Below are positions 61,701-64,000 of a DNA stretch of 64,000 nt, piece after piece. Origin of the DNA: Raillietiella orientalis (taxonomy: Eukaryota); NCBI GenBank assembly GCA_036172245.1, contig JAYWIR010000004.1, positions 4,526,001 through 4,590,000 on the forward strand, read 5' to 3'. The position numbers were made by a program, and so were the translations under genes. Under the pieces are notes generated by a model. That model did not search any database. It saw only the letters and a program-made list of their open reading frames with translations, and had not been told where the DNA came from. Every line of letters starts with the position of its first letter. The first letter of the stretch is position 1.

Positions 61701-63299
61701 CCTTTTATGTATGCCGATTTTCCGTTTCTATCGAACTTCGAGAATTTTTAGCTATTTTTTTCTCCTCAGAATAAGCATCATGGGGGATTCGCTTTTGTCT
61801 GCTATGCTCACTAAATATCTGTCTTTATCAAACCTGAGTTTCTATCCCAATGCCCTTGTTTCGTATTTGATAGTTTCATATTTCACTCTTGAACACGGGA
61901 AGACGCATTTTTCTAAAGTTCATCTTGCCTGGAAAAGCTGTGCATATTCCAGTTAGAATACCATTTAAACTTTGCGGAGTTTTAATTGATTTTTGTCCTC
62001 CCTTGCAGTTACTCTTTGTTCTGTAGTGCTTATTTGTTTTGCATGGTGCTTTTAAAGTGGTTCCAGAGAGTCCGGAAATGCTGAAATGCCCTTTAGAAAA
62101 CTACCATGGGGTGCACTCAAAGAAATACAAATCACTCATAGAAAACCGATACCTCGCTATCATGTCTTAGTTCTTCCGGCTCAGAATAAACCAAATAATC
62201 TTCCGCTCTCCTGAATAATCTTTCAAGAGATTTTCTAAGAAGCGTATGATTTCGAATGATAAACTTTGTTTGCCTGTTTTTTTCTTTCATATCAAAGTAA
62301 CAGACGCAGTGATTATGCTGCATAAATTATGCACTGAAGCATAAAAACAGATAGGAGGGATTTGGCATTTGGATAGCTCAAACTATCAGTGTGGGGACAT
62401 CAAAACGATTGGATCAAAGCAAGATTATACGCAGGTAATCCTAAATTCAATATTTGTACCATCACATGAATAATCGAAATTGGTGCTGACCCACAGAACA
62501 TTACAAAGCACACATTGGAAAGTGTTCAGTTGAATGTAAAAGGACAAATATTTGAATCCCGAATCCAGTGTGTGCCTTTAATTTCAGTGTTTTCATGATG
62601 CCATTGAATTGTAAATGCGGAATTCCAAAAGTCAGTAATTTGTACAAAAGAGTACAATCGACCATCCAGGGAAGTCAGCTAAGTTTCTAGAGAAGTCAAG
62701 AATTCCCAGCTCTTCCCTAATACATTTTGGAACTTGTAAAACGAACATGCAAAGAGTTGGCTAGTCTTATCAACGAGAAATCGAGGTATTGCTAATTCAA
62801 GCAGAAGCTATAGGAAAACCTAAAAGACGTCATGGTTATGACATTTCTGCTCGCAAAAAGAAGCAGTGAACGATATAGTAGAATTCATCAATATCTGCAC
62901 TCTTGACGTGTGTATAACAAATATATTCCTTTATCAGTTTGCTTTCCGAAGATTACATGGAGCATCCATCAATCACTTTTTTCTTCGTGGCAATCAGAAT
63001 GAATCAAACCGAGCTTCACCCAAACTACGCAAAAGAAATAGCTGGCTGAGAATGCCTTCAACTGCTAAGGACGGCTGTAACCGTTCTGCGATACAGATAT
63101 AACCTTTAAAGGGTTACAACCGTTTTAGAGGTTATGGGCGCCTTCATTTGTTGCTTTGTCCTGCTCTGCTTATGCTCGCGACGCTCTGTACAGTGCGAAT
63201 AGAAACATTTAGAAGTAAAAGGACAGACACTTCTCCAATGATAGATTCTCGTAGAATGGACAGCGGTGGATTTCAGCGGAAGTTCGGAATGATACACAA

Positions 63300-63900
63300 G
63301 TGTCTGATCGAAACTTACGTATTGTGAAACTGCTTGTACAGAGTCGCAGCACTTGCCGTTTCTCTTGTTTAGAGAAAGTGTACACGAAAGCATCATGTGG
63401 TTACTGTAAAAACATCGTTCATTGAATTTTCAGTCATTACGAAATGGTGAGGTTATTCGAATGAAATGAAATGAAATTCATTTCGATCCTAGAGCAGCTT
63501 TCAGTTGAGACCTTCTATTATTAGAACTCGAATTTTCTAAGAATTCTAAATGCCCTGCCACCCACTGTGTTTTAAACATGACGTTTTATTTCACTTTTCC
63601 CAATCCGGAAGAATGCTTTCCCTTTTCATTTTGAGATTTACGTAGTAAATTGGTTGCGTCCCTGCGACCGTCAGTTGAATTCTTCCAAGGTGATACCGGT
63701 GTTCTGTACCGTACTTCTGATGCAGTGTCAGTTCAATAATTTTTGGTGCATCGGCATCACAGCTAATGAGTCTGCATTTCCGGCGATCATCTGCAAAATT
63801 TACTTTTCTTGAAATCTGCATGCTTTTCAAGTAATCTCTTGCGATTCATGCATGTGGAGCATTCATGTCATGATCTTCTGCAGGATTTATTTAATACATT
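63300..63900 (-). pseudogene. CR1-like RT relic
   Basis: ORF 63591..63830 KVNFADDRRKCRLISCDAD resembles FADDTKxxRxIxxxxD. Confidence 0.55.
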
Positions 63901-64000
63901 CTCGCAGACTTCCTATTTCTTTATTTTACGCTTGGAAGAAACCCTTTTCAAAAACGCTGACGTGCATCCACAATGAAATCAGTTTTCATTTGTGTGCTTC

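Overview
This is eukaryotic DNA, probably from an invertebrate animal; the organism cannot be identified from the sequence alone. I found no credible intact host gene. The window is a graveyard of non-LTR retrotransposons. It holds at least eight fragments of a GC-rich Tx1/L1-clade LINE family (RRM/zinc-knuckle ORF1; endonuclease-RT-CCHC ORF2; all frameshifted or deleted), concentrated at 1-9.4, 32-33.6 and 50-57 kb. Older CR1/L2-, RTE- and possibly R2/NeSL-like RT relics fill the AT-rich middle. The most coherent system is a LINE/SINE pair. The Tx1-like LINE ends in a conserved CCGG-(5 nt)-CCGGGTG stem-loop, usually after AATAAA, with no poly(A), and makes 16-bp target-site duplications (TSDs). 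A ~0.6-0.7 kb tRNA-headed SINE-like element (5 copies) carries an internal ~40-bp repeat array and may end in a similar CGGGTGAC hairpin. The LINE has inserted into this SINE's head twice. Other structure includes a 1.2-kb inverted duplication (6980-8197 / 54160-55377) with the junction pattern of a ~46-kb staggered-break inversion, and a 0.5-kb near-perfect inverted repeat at 26.8-28.7 kb. There is also an 827-bp 28S rRNA fragment flanked by a 7-bp direct repeat that ends near the D7a hidden-break region. All assignments come from motif recognition by eye, and relic boundaries are approximate.
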